NCBI GenBank assembly: GCA_963741955.1 | Contig: CAVUKB010000007.1 | Location: 192,001 to 256,000, forward strand | Direction: 5' to 3' | Length of the DNA: 64,000 bases | Source of the DNA: an uncultured Acidobacteriota bacterium | GTDB taxonomy: Bacteria; Acidobacteriota; Thermoanaerobaculia; Gp7-AA8 | Part shown: positions 47,808 to 56,930 of the stretch, piece after piece | Numbering within the stretch: the first letter of the stretch is position 1 | Layout of the letters: the number at the start of each line of letters is the position of its first letter | Program-made: the position numbers and the translations under genes | The notes under the pieces: generated by a model | The model's input: only the letters and a program-made list of their open reading frames with translations | The model's database searches: none | What the model was told of the DNA's origin: nothing

Positions 47808-49682
47808 CTACGCGCCGCGTTGCGCCCGCGGGGTGATGGTGCCGTCGAAGACCTCCAGGGCGAGATCCACTCTGCCGAGAGGCGCTGAGACCTGCACGCC
47901 GGCAATCCGTCCGCGAATTCGTCGAAGCGTTTCCCGGGCGATGGTGACGCCTTCGCGCAGCGCGAATTCCTTTCCTTTGTCGCTGGCGATCCGCATCCGT
48001 TCCATCACCTCGTCCGGGACCGATACGCCCGGCACTTCGTTGTTCATGAACTGGGCGTTGCGGAACGAGAGAAGCGGCCAGACACCCGCAACGACAGGAA
48101 GTCGCATCGGTTCGATCCGATCGAGAAAGTGCTCGACCTGAAGGACGTCGAACACCGGTTGGGTGATCGCGTACTCCGCTCCCGCCTTCAGCTTCCAATC
48201 GAGCCGCCGGATCTCGTAGTCGAGATCGAGGTGACCGGGATTCACGCCGACGCCGATGGTAAAAGCGGTAGGAAGCCCGAAAGGATTTCCGCCGAGATCG
48301 AGTCCGTGGTTCAGGAGGTTGACCATGTTCGTCAGGCCGATCGAGTCGATGTCGAACACGGCGGTCGCGTCGGGGTAGGGTCCCATCTTCGGAGGATCTC
48401 CGGTGATCAGGAGGAGATTGCGGATTCCGAGTGCCGCGCATCCGAGGAGGTCCGAATGCATTCCGAGAAGATTGCGGTCGCGGCAGCAGTAGTGGAGAAC
48501 CGGTTCGATCCCGACGCGCTGCTGGACGAGCGTCGCGACGGCAATCGCTCCCATCCGGTTCTGAGCGCGCGGACCGTCGGGAACGTTGACCGCGTCGATC
48601 CCGGCGTCCTTGATCAGGCGGACCGATTCGAGGAGGTCGGCCGGGTCGGGACCCTTGGGCGGAGTGATCTCGATGGTGGTGAGGAACTCGCCGTTCGCGA
48701 GCTTCCGCCCCCAGTTGGAGCGTTCCGCGAGAGCGACCGGTTCGGTGCCGCCGATCTCGGCGCCGGCTCCGTTCTGTTTCGTCTCGACGACGGTGAGCGT
48801 ACGCCGGGGCGAAAGAGGCCGGACCGCATCGGCCATCTTGCGGATGTGCTCAGGGGTCGTCCCGCAGCAGCCGCCGAGAAACTTCACTCCCTTGTGGATC
48901 AGCCGCGTTGCGTACTTCGCCATGTAGTCGGGCGAAGCCATGTACATCTGGCGGCCCTGCACCTGCCGCGGAAGTCCTGCGTTCGGGAGGCAGGAGATCT
49001 TGCGGGTGGTCGCTGCGGCAATTTCCTCGATCGCGTCGAGCATCACATCCGGGCCGACGGAACAATTCAGTCCGATCACGTCTGCGCCTGCTGCATCCAG
49101 ACGTTTTGCGATGGTGCGCGGAGTCGCACCGAAAATGGTCCGCCGATCGGTGCCGATGGTCATCTGGGCGACGATGGGAATGGAGCAGACGTCGCGGATG
49201 GCCTGGATCGCCTGTTCGATCTCGGTGATCTCCTGAAAGGTCTCCAGAATGAAGAGATCGACGCCGCCCTCGGCGAGCACTTCCACCTGCTCGCGGAAGA
49301 ACGCGCGGGCCTCGCTGAGTGAGGTCGGGCCGAACGGCTCGATCCGGATTCCGAGAGGTCCGATCGCTCCTGCGACATAGACGGAATTGCCCGCGGCTCT
49401 CTTTGCGATCTCGACGGCAGCGCGGTTGATCGCGGCGAGCTCGTCTTCGATCCCGAATGTCCGAAGCTTGACGCGGTTCGCCCCGTAGCTGTTGGTCTCG
49501 ATGATCTCAGCGCCGGCCTTGACATACTCTTTGTGAATCTCGAGGACGTACTCGGGATGGGTGAGGTTGATCTCGTCGTAACACTTGTTGATGAAGATGC
49601 CCTTGGAGTAGAGCATCGTCCCGATCGCGCCGTCGAAGAGATAAACGTGCGAATCCGCCAGCGCCTGAATGAAGTCCTGCAT
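47808..49682 (-). CDS. yitJ: Bifunctional homocysteine S-methyltransferase / methylenetetrahydrofolate reductase
   Basis: FDGAIGTML, IGLNCS, GGCCGTTPEHI; MTHFR half EITPPKG, CRDRN, ITGDPP, AITQPVFD. Start ATG 49682. Confidence 0.93.
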   Translation of the reverse strand: MQDFIQALADSHVYLFDGAIGTMLYSKGIFINKCYDEINLTHPEYVLEIHKEYVKAGAEIIETNSYGANRVKLRTFGIEDELAAINRAAVEIAKRAAGNSVYVAGAIGPLGIRIEPFGPTSLSEARAFFREQVEVLAEGGVDLFILETFQEITEIEQAIQAIRDVCSIPIVAQMTIGTDRRTIFGATPRTIAKRLDAAGADVIGLNCSVGPDVMLDAIEEIAAATTRKISCLPNAGLPRQVQGRQMYMASPDYMAKYATRLIHKGVKFLGGCCGTTPEHIRKMADAVRPLSPRRTLTVVETKQNGAGAEIGGTEPVALAERSNWGRKLANGEFLTTIEITPPKGPDPADLLESVRLIKDAGIDAVNVPDGPRAQNRMGAIAVATLVQQRVGIEPVLHYCCRDRNLLGMHSDLLGCAALGIRNLLLITGDPPKMGPYPDATAVFDIDSIGLTNMVNLLNHGLDLGGNPFGLPTAFTIGVGVNPGHLDLDYEIRRLDWKLKAGAEYAITQPVFDVLQVEHFLDRIEPMRLPVVAGVWPLLSFRNAQFMNNEVPGVSVPDEVMERMRIASDKGKEFALREGVTIARETLRRIRGRIAGVQVSAPLGRVDLALEVFDGTITPRAQRGA

Positions 49683-49710
49683 GATCGACTCCCGGCCAGG
49701 CGGCGCCCTG

Positions 49711-49740
49711 AAATAAAAAAGCCCCACGTGTCGGTGGGGC
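49711..49740 (-). terminator. Intrinsic terminator in the yitJ leader
   Basis: Minus strand GCCCCAC-CGACAC-GTGGGGC-TTTTTTATTT, 28 nt upstream of the ATG. Confidence 0.8.
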
Positions 49741-49768
49741 CGTTCAGGATTCGCTGTTGATCCTGGCG

Positions 49769-49817
49769 CTTTAGCCTTTTTTTAAGCTGGTTGCAATCGG
49801 CCTCAAATCATTCCAGC
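49769..49817 (-). ncRNA. SAM-II-class riboswitch aptamer
   Basis: Minus strand GCTGG-AATGATTTGAGGCCGATTGCAA-CCAGC-TTAAAAAAAGGCTAAAG. P1 GCTGG/CCAGC, conserved GAUUU, UUGCAA and A-rich loop + GCUAAA. Lies upstream of a methionine-synthesis gene. Confidence 0.75.
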
Positions 49818-49896
49818 AAACCTGAAATCTACGCCTGCCCGATAAACAAGTCAAATCAGCGCTGCTCGCAACCGATCGTCGATCGTGAGTGCTTCT

Positions 49897-52050
49897 TCAC
49901 TCGTCACTGTCGTTATTGCCGAAGATTCTTCGCAGAACCCCCTTGACCCGTTCGCGTGTTCGCGACATCTCCTGCGACCACCGCCGGAACTTCTGGAATG
50001 TGATGGCGGGAGGCTCGTCGAAACTCTTCCGGTCGAAGAAGAGACTTCGCACGATGCGCCCCGCGACGCCGCGCGGACAGTGATGCGTCGGAGCCGTTCC
50101 TTCGAGAAAGACCTCTTCCTCCGGTCCCGGACAGCCTTCCGCCCAGAGGAATCCGGTCTCCGGGTCGATGTCCCGGAAGACCACACCGTCGGGCGGCTCG
50201 ATCGTCCTGGAGGAATGCTCGACGTTCCCCATGAACCTTCCCCAGATCGGAAGTGCGGCCTCGGCGGAGGAGAGCCGCAGTGGTGCGCCACGGTCGTAGC
50301 CGACCCAGACCGTCGCGACCAGATCCGGGGTGTAGCCGACGAACCACGCGTCGCGGTAGTCGTTCGTGGTTCCCGTCTTTCCCGCAGCATTCGCAATTCC
50401 GTATCGGCTGACGCGGCTCGCGGTACCGTGACGGACCACCCCACGCAGAAGAGAGTGCATCACATACGCGACATCTGCATTACAGACGCGATGCTTCTCG
50501 ACGTGGTGCTGGTAGAGAACCTCGTCATGACGATCGCGCACTTCGTCGAGCAGATACGGCTCGACCCGCTCGCCGAGGTTCGGAAATGCGGTGTAGGCGG
50601 CAGTGAGGTCGCGCACCGATACCTCAGTCACTCCGAGCGCGAGCGAGGCGACGTCATCGAAATGTTCCGGGAAGCCGAACTTCTTTGCTTCACGGATGAT
50701 CTTTCCGGTTCCGATCTGCCGGGAAAGACGGATGGTGGGAACGTTGAGTGATTTCTCGAATGCTTCGCGCACCGTGACGCGCCCGCGAAAGCGCTCGTCG
50801 TAGTTGTGAGGCGACCAGACGTCGTTGCCGGAGAGCTCGATCTCGAGAGGCGCGTCGAGGAGGAGGCTCGCAGGAGTGACCTTCTTCGACGCGATGGCCG
50901 CCGCATACGCGAAGGTCTTGAACGCCGACCCGGGTTGCCGTTTCATCTGCGAGGTTCGATCGAAGCGGCTCTGGTGAAAATCGCCGCCGCCGACCAGGGC
51001 ACGTACCGCGCCGGAGCGCGGGTCGACCGCGAGGAGCGCCGACTGGAGCGGATCCTGATCGTTGCGGATCCACGAGAAGCGCGAACGAAGTGAACGAAGT
51101 CCTCTCCGTACCGCCTCTTCCGCCGCCTTCTGTGCTCGCGGATCGATCTCTGCGACGATCCGCAGCCCGGTCGTGGTGAGGGCGTCGTCGCCCAACCGGT
51201 CGACGAGCTCGGCGCGGAGCGCGGCGAGGTAATAGGGGAAAGGCGTCTCTTCGAGCACTCCCTCATGAAGACGAACCGGACGCTCGATGGCATCCTGGTA
51301 TTGTTCGGTGCTGAGCCAGTGGCGGTCGCGCATCACTTTCAGAATCGCATCGCGGCGCTCGCGTGCGAGCTCGGGACGCTTCTCGGGCGTGTCGCGATTC
51401 GGTGCCCGAATCATCCCGGCCAGCACTGCTGCCTCGCCCGGTCGGAGGCGCGAGGGCTTCTTGTCGAAAAGAAGTCTCGCGCCTTCGTCGATGCCGAGGA
51501 TCGGTCGTCCATGGTAGTGGCCGAGATAGACGTCGTTGAGGTATGCCTCGAGGATCTCGTCCTTCGTGAGCTCACGATCGAGGACCAGAGCCATCGGGAT
51601 CTCGAGGAGCTTGCGGCGAAACGAGCGTTCGTTCGACAAAGCGCGCGCCTTGACGATCTGCTGGTCGATGGTGCTCCCACCCTGCTCGATGGCGCCGGCC
51701 CGGAGATCGGCCACGAGAGCACGAAGCATCCCGATCGGGTCGATGCCGAAGTGGTGACGGAAGCGGACATCCTCGGCTGCGAGGAATGCGTTCTTCACCT
51801 CGTCCGGAAGCTCGTCGATCTTCACTGGAGTGGTGGTCCTCCAGTCGGGGCCGTAGACTTCGAGGAGAGGCTCACTCTTCGAGACGGTGCTGAGAATCCG
51901 AGTCGGAGTGCGCCAGGGGTGGTTCCGCATCTGGCGAACCATCTGGTAGCTCGTCCACCCGATCCATCCTGCGATTCCGTAGATGATCGCGAATGGGAGA
52001 ATGATCGCCGTGAGGAGAATGCGGCGTCGCGTGAACGAGAGACCGGGCAT
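49897..52050 (-). CDS. Class A penicillin-binding protein (transglycosylase/transpeptidase, PBP1b-like)
   Basis: N-terminal TM. AAEDVRF, QGGSTIDQQ, RKLLE, YLNDVYLG; transpeptidase GSAFK, SLN, KTGT. Start at 52050 or 52080. Confidence 0.92.
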   Translation of the reverse strand: MPGLSFTRRRILLTAIILPFAIIYGIAGWIGWTSYQMVRQMRNHPWRTPTRILSTVSKSEPLLEVYGPDWRTTTPVKIDELPDEVKNAFLAAEDVRFRHHFGIDPIGMLRALVADLRAGAIEQGGSTIDQQIVKARALSNERSFRRKLLEIPMALVLDRELTKDEILEAYLNDVYLGHYHGRPILGIDEGARLLFDKKPSRLRPGEAAVLAGMIRAPNRDTPEKRPELARERRDAILKVMRDRHWLSTEQYQDAIERPVRLHEGVLEETPFPYYLAALRAELVDRLGDDALTTTGLRIVAEIDPRAQKAAEEAVRRGLRSLRSRFSWIRNDQDPLQSALLAVDPRSGAVRALVGGGDFHQSRFDRTSQMKRQPGSAFKTFAYAAAIASKKVTPASLLLDAPLEIELSGNDVWSPHNYDERFRGRVTVREAFEKSLNVPTIRLSRQIGTGKIIREAKKFGFPEHFDDVASLALGVTEVSVRDLTAAYTAFPNLGERVEPYLLDEVRDRHDEVLYQHHVEKHRVCNADVAYVMHSLLRGVVRHGTASRVSRYGIANAAGKTGTTNDYRDAWFVGYTPDLVATVWVGYDRGAPLRLSSAEAALPIWGRFMGNVEHSSRTIEPPDGVVFRDIDPETGFLWAEGCPGPEEEVFLEGTAPTHHCPRGVAGRIVRSLFFDRKSFDEPPAITFQKFRRWSQEMSRTRERVKGVLRRIFGNNDSDE

Positions 52051-52113
52051 GAGTCCGCAATCGTGCAACGGGGCTGCCACGGCTCGAACCGGGCCGCCCC
52101 ATCGCTGGTGAGA

Positions 52114-53196
52114 CTACTGGATGTCGCTGTAGAACTTGCGGACGCGAGGTGAGAAGTACTGTGCGCTGAGCTCGAGGTGACGGTCGAGAGTGCGAGCCTG
52201 GCGGAACGCGCGAACGGCATTCTGACGCGCCTCGGCGTTGGATTCGCCCTCCAGATAGTACGAATAGAACTGCGAGGCGCCGAGGAACGCCCACAGCATC
52301 GGATTGTTCTTCTGCACCCGGGTCAGTTTGTCGAATTGCCTCGCGGATTCCTTGAAGTCGCCTTCGAAGTAGAACTGGAGAGCCTGGCGGACCTGCACCT
52401 TCATGTCGGCCATGACGACCTCAGTGGCGCGAGAGGGGGCGGTCTGCTGGTTGGAGACTTCGATCTGCGCTCTCGTCGCTGCGGCGTCGAACGTCCTTGC
52501 AGCGCGATCGGCGAGATCTCCGACCGAACGCCAATCGGCCGTTTTCGACGCAGCGGCTGCTTTCGTTTTTGCGTCGAGGAGAAGCTCTTCACCGTCGTTG
52601 AACGCGGAGGCGGCGTAGGTCTCGGCACGGGAACGTCGCGCTTCGAGGCGCTTCTTTTCGGCCTGAACGAGCAGTCCCTCGGCGCGAGTACGCGCGGGGG
52701 CGAGTAATGGATCGACGGCCGGCTGGGCCGGCCGCGACGGCGGAGGCTGTGAAGGCGCCGGCTGGGCCTGAGTGGTCGTCGCCGCAGCCTGCTGTTGCTG
52801 CTGGATCTCACGCTGTTGGGCGATCAGCGTGAGTCGGGTCTCGGTCCGCTCGATGAACGAGTTGACGCTCCCGAGATCGACTGCGCCGGCTCCGGTCGCC
52901 CGCTGAAAATCGCTGATCGCCTTCTCGAACTCGTTGGTACTGAAGTAGGCGATCCCGCGGTAGTAGTACGGGTGGTAGGAGATGAAGATGTTGCCGTACG
53001 TCCGGGTGCGGTCGTTCTCTTTCGGGTTTTTCGCGATCGCTTCGCTCATCTTGCTGATCGCGGTCGACCAGTCCTTCTGCTTTACGGCATTCAGACCCGC
53101 ATCGTAGGCGTCGTAGAACGTATCGGCGGCGAACGCGCTGCTGACGGCGAGGAGGATCACGAAAAAAATCGGAACGGCTCTGCGCATGCTGGTCAT
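52114..53196 (-). CDS. Secreted TPR protein
   Basis: Signal peptide, YHPYYYRGIAYF TPR, Q/P linker, C-terminal TPR ending FSPRV. ATGA-coupled to the upstream kinase. Confidence 0.8.
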   Translation of the reverse strand: MTSMRRAVPIFFVILLAVSSAFAADTFYDAYDAGLNAVKQKDWSTAISKMSEAIAKNPKENDRTRTYGNIFISYHPYYYRGIAYFSTNEFEKAISDFQRATGAGAVDLGSVNSFIERTETRLTLIAQQREIQQQQQAAATTTQAQPAPSQPPPSRPAQPAVDPLLAPARTRAEGLLVQAEKKRLEARRSRAETYAASAFNDGEELLLDAKTKAAAASKTADWRSVGDLADRAARTFDAAATRAQIEVSNQQTAPSRATEVVMADMKVQVRQALQFYFEGDFKESARQFDKLTRVQKNNPMLWAFLGASQFYSYYLEGESNAEARQNAVRAFRQARTLDRHLELSAQYFSPRVRKFYSDIQ

Positions 53197-54974
53197 TTCT
53201 TCAGAATGTCCTCTACGGCCTTGTCGATGTTCACCTTGTCCCACTTCGGCGAGATCTCGCGGACGTCGCTCGGTCCGAGCTTGACCTGCACCTTCTGCGG
53301 ATTGCCGTTGTCGTCGGAGATGGTCAGTACGTAATTACCGGGCGGGAGCCAGATCCGGGCAGGCATGGACGCCTTGGCGAACGGGACTTCTTTGTTCGTG
53401 TCGGCGTTCTCGATCCTAGAGATCTCACCGATCGGGCTCTTGAGGAGAATCAGCGCCTTGTCGGGAGGAAGATCGAGGGCCGTCGAGGGCTGAACGACCA
53501 CGGTGCTCTGAGGTGTGGCGGGGCTTACCGGTTGGACCGCGGGAGCCGGTTTGCGCAACATGATCACGCCGACTCCGATCAGTGCGATGACGACGACCGC
53601 GGCAATGGCCACGAGCATCGGAGTCTTGCTCTTCGCCGGGGCGGATTCGAATTTTCTCTCGATCACGGTCGGCTCGGCGGGCGAAGCGGCCGGTGCGCGA
53701 GGCTCGAGGACGGTGGCTTCTCCGCCGGCGGCTGTCACGGGACGCAGTCCCGGCTCCATGACTGTCGGTGCGGCTCCGGCGGCAGTTTCGACCACGGTGG
53801 CCTGGGCTCCCGCAGCAGTCGGATGCCGCTCGACCACCGTTGCATCCGAGGCGCCGGTGCGCGTTCCGCCGGCCGGAGTTCCGATCGTTTTTCCGACGCG
53901 GGTCCCGCCCATGCGGGTGCCGGGGCGGGTCGGATCCATCATCGTGTTGCGGGACGAAAGAGTCATCATCCGCTCGCCGACGCCGAACTTCGAATCAGGA
54001 GCGATGTCGTTGCGGATATCTTCCAGCGCCGCCACGAACTCGTCCGCATCCGCGAAGCGGTTGTCGCGGTCCTTCTCGAGGATCTTCAGGACCAGTGCCT
54101 CGAGCGCCGGGGGGATCTTGACGTCGGGATTGGTCTGCCCGATCGGGGCCGGTTTCTCCGTGGCGTGCTTCAGGATGTAGCCATGGGGGTTGGTGGCGAT
54201 GAAAGGCGCTTTGCCGGCGAGCATTTCGTAGAACACCACGCCGAACGAATAGAGGTCCGTCCGCGCGTCGAGAGTCTCGCCTTCCTTCAGGAACCCGGCC
54301 TGTTCGGGAGAGGCGTATTTGAGTTTCCCGAGGAACATCCCGGTCTGGGTGAGCCCTTGTCCGCCGCCACCGCCGCCTTCACCTTCGAGCTGTTTTGCGA
54401 TGCCGAAGTCGATCACCTTGATCAGGAGTTTTCCCTGGAAATCCTGCGAGAGCATGATGTTCTCGGGTGAGATGTCTCGATGGATGATGCCCATCTGATG
54501 GAGTGAGCCGAGGCCCTGGAGGGCCTGAATGGCGATCTCGACCGCGAGCCGCGGTGGAACGGGGCCGTTCTGGTTGATCCACTTCTGGATGTTGATCCCT
54601 TCGATGTACTCCCAGACCATGTAGTAGGAGCCGTCGTCGAGGGTGGAGAAGTCGTAGAGCATCGCGAGATTGCGATGCTTGATCATGGTGGCCATTCGCG
54701 CTTCCTGGAAGAAGCGCTGGAGCGACTGTTCGTCGGTTGCGATGTTTGCGCGCATGATCTTGATCACGCGTTCTTCACCGAGATGAATGTGGCGGACCTT
54801 GAAGATCTCGCCCATGCCTCCGACACCGAGGCGCTGCAGGATCTGATACTTGCCGTCGATCAGTCTCCCGCCGTACGTGCGCTGGAAACCCGTCACGCGC
54901 TCGCCACAGTGCGGACAGGCTTCGACCGCGGGGTCGAGTTCAGCCATGCATCCAAGACAAATCAGTTCGCTCAT
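53193..54974 (-). CDS. Zinc-ribbon + Hanks Ser/Thr kinase + TM + small extracellular domain
   Basis: CLGC..CPHC; GVGGMG, HRDISPEN, DFGIAK, YASPEQ; Thr-rich juxtamembrane ATVVE/PTVME repeats; TM; PEGA-like LPPGNYVL. Confidence 0.92.
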   Translation of the reverse strand: MSELICLGCMAELDPAVEACPHCGERVTGFQRTYGGRLIDGKYQILQRLGVGGMGEIFKVRHIHLGEERVIKIMRANIATDEQSLQRFFQEARMATMIKHRNLAMLYDFSTLDDGSYYMVWEYIEGINIQKWINQNGPVPPRLAVEIAIQALQGLGSLHQMGIIHRDISPENIMLSQDFQGKLLIKVIDFGIAKQLEGEGGGGGGQGLTQTGMFLGKLKYASPEQAGFLKEGETLDARTDLYSFGVVFYEMLAGKAPFIATNPHGYILKHATEKPAPIGQTNPDVKIPPALEALVLKILEKDRDNRFADADEFVAALEDIRNDIAPDSKFGVGERMMTLSSRNTMMDPTRPGTRMGGTRVGKTIGTPAGGTRTGASDATVVERHPTAAGAQATVVETAAGAAPTVMEPGLRPVTAAGGEATVLEPRAPAASPAEPTVIERKFESAPAKSKTPMLVAIAAVVVIALIGVGVIMLRKPAPAVQPVSPATPQSTVVVQPSTALDLPPDKALILLKSPIGEISRIENADTNKEVPFAKASMPARIWLPPGNYVLTISDDNGNPQKVQVKLGPSDVREISPKWDKVNIDKAVEDILKK

Positions 54975-55008
54975 TACCGGTTCCCCCGAGAAAGACTGCA
55001 CCTGGTGA

Positions 55009-56268
55009 TCATGACGCGACTCCTTCCGCGGGACGGGTCCGGAGCACGTAGCTGCAGGCCGGATCCGCGCCGAAGCGGACGATGTCGCCGGGCTTGAGAT
55101 TCGCTTTTTCGACTCTCATGTTGTTCACGTACGTCCCGTTGGCCGACTTGAGGTCTTCGAGGAAGAATCCGGTTCCCTGAAGAGTGATTCGTGCGTGGCG
55201 GCGGGAGACGGCGGGATGGGTCAGAATGATCGAGCAGGAGCGGTCGCGTCCGACCATGACGCTGTCGCCGTGAATCACGTGCGCCTCCGACGCCTCGTCT
55301 CGAGTGGAGACGAGTTGCCAGACGGATTCGACATTCGCCGGGACGTGTCTCGGCTCGCTTTTCACCTCGCTCGCCGCTTCGGCGATCTCGGGCGGAATCG
55401 CGCTGCCGGTGAGGGCGGGGCGAGCGCAGTACTCTTCCAGCGCTTCGTACATCTCGCGAGCAGTGGCGAATCGGTTCGCCGGATTCGGTTCGATCGCGCG
55501 GAGGACGATTCCGTCGAGGTCGTGGTCGATCTCCGGGCGAAGCGCGCGGGGATGCTGTTTCTCACCGCGGTAGATCGAGTCGATCAGCTTCGGGAGCGAC
55601 CGGCTGTTGAACGGAAGGACGCCGGTGAGCATCTCGTAGAGCACCACGCCGCTCGAGTAGACGTCGCTCGGCGGCCCGGCGTCCTTCGGCTCGCGGATCT
55701 GCTCGGGAGACATGTAGTGCGGAGTGCCGAGAAGGAATCCCGACTTGGTCAGGATGGTGCCCGGCTGTGCTCCGCTCTCCTTGATCTTGGCGATTCCGAA
55801 GTCGCTGACCTTCACCACTCCGTTCTTCTGACGGATCAGGTTTGCCGGCTTGATGTCGCGATGGACGATCCCTTTTCCGTGAGCGTAGACGAGCGCTTCG
55901 AGGAGACATTGCGAGATGGCGATGGCCTCCGGGATGGGAAGCGCGCCGCGATCGCTGATCATCTGGTCCACCGGATCGCCTTCCACGAACTCCATCACCA
56001 GGACCGCGCCGGTGGAGCGGGGAAGGAACTCGTAGAAGCGGGTGATGTAGCGATGCCGGAGTTTGGCCAGAATCTGGGCCTCTTTCACGAACCGCTTTCT
56101 CGCGGTGACTTCGCCGGCCAGCTCGTCCGACATGATCTTGAGAACCACCACGAAGCCTTCGGGAAGCATCTCACTTCGAGCGACCGTACGACCCACGTAC
56201 ACGTGGCTCATCCCTCCCTCGGAGAGCTCTCGCTCGATTCGATAATTCCCGATCACGTTTCCGATCAT
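55009..56268 (-). CDS. Cytoplasmic Ser/Thr kinase with C-terminal FHA domain
   Basis: EGGMSHVY, HRDIKPAN, DFGIAK, GTPHYMSPEQ; FHA motifs VGRD..VSRRHA..SANGTYVN. Confidence 0.92.
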   Translation of the reverse strand: MIGNVIGNYRIERELSEGGMSHVYVGRTVARSEMLPEGFVVVLKIMSDELAGEVTARKRFVKEAQILAKLRHRYITRFYEFLPRSTGAVLVMEFVEGDPVDQMISDRGALPIPEAIAISQCLLEALVYAHGKGIVHRDIKPANLIRQKNGVVKVSDFGIAKIKESGAQPGTILTKSGFLLGTPHYMSPEQIREPKDAGPPSDVYSSGVVLYEMLTGVLPFNSRSLPKLIDSIYRGEKQHPRALRPEIDHDLDGIVLRAIEPNPANRFATAREMYEALEEYCARPALTGSAIPPEIAEAASEVKSEPRHVPANVESVWQLVSTRDEASEAHVIHGDSVMVGRDRSCSIILTHPAVSRRHARITLQGTGFFLEDLKSANGTYVNNMRVEKANLKPGDIVRFGADPACSYVLRTRPAEGVAS

Positions 56269-56930
56269 CTCGAGTGATCCTGCGCTTCCCAGGTGAATCC
56301 GGGGAGATCGAATTTGTAGAACATCAGTTTTTGCGAGCCGATCCGGATGACGTCGCCGTTGACCAGATCACGCCGCGGCTCGATCTCTTCATCGTTCACG
56401 AAAGTGCCATTCGTGGAGTTGTGGTCCATGAGGATGAATCGCTGCTCTTCAGGACGGAAGACGAGATCCGCATGGTGCGCGGATGCCTGATCATCGCTGA
56501 GCCTTACGTCGCTCTTCGGATCGCGTCCGATGACATTGCGGCCGTTGCGGACTTCGAACGATCGACCCCGGGCCGGTCCGGAGAGCGCGAGCAGCCAGGC
56601 GACCACGTAACGCGCAGGTTCCTCAGTCAGGTCAGCCTTCGACGCGGACACTGTCCGTTCGAAGACCGGTGGAGGAGCCGGTCCGTCCATCACAGCGGAT
56701 TTCGAAGGTGGAGGAGCCGTCTGCCGTTCCGATTCGACCACGGCCGGAGCCCGCGCGGGAGGAGGCGGCGGAGCGGAAGGTGGTTCCGCCGGCAGGGAAC
56801 TGGACGAACGGTTCGGACGGCCGATGACGATGCTCTCCTTCTGATCAGGAGGACAGTAGGGACAGATATCCCAGCTCTCGTCGATGAAATGGCCGTTTGG
56901 ACAACGTTTGTCAGGCACTCTCAACCTCAC
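56265..56930 (-). CDS. Zinc-ribbon + FHA domain protein
   Basis: CPNGH..CPYC, Pro-rich linker with ERTV, FHA motifs IGRD..SAHHA..STNGTFVN. Confidence 0.9.
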   Translation of the reverse strand: MRLRVPDKRCPNGHFIDESWDICPYCPPDQKESIVIGRPNRSSSSLPAEPPSAPPPPPARAPAVVESERQTAPPPSKSAVMDGPAPPPVFERTVSASKADLTEEPARYVVAWLLALSGPARGRSFEVRNGRNVIGRDPKSDVRLSDDQASAHHADLVFRPEEQRFILMDHNSTNGTFVNDEEIEPRRDLVNGDVIRIGSQKLMFYKFDLPGFTWEAQDHSR

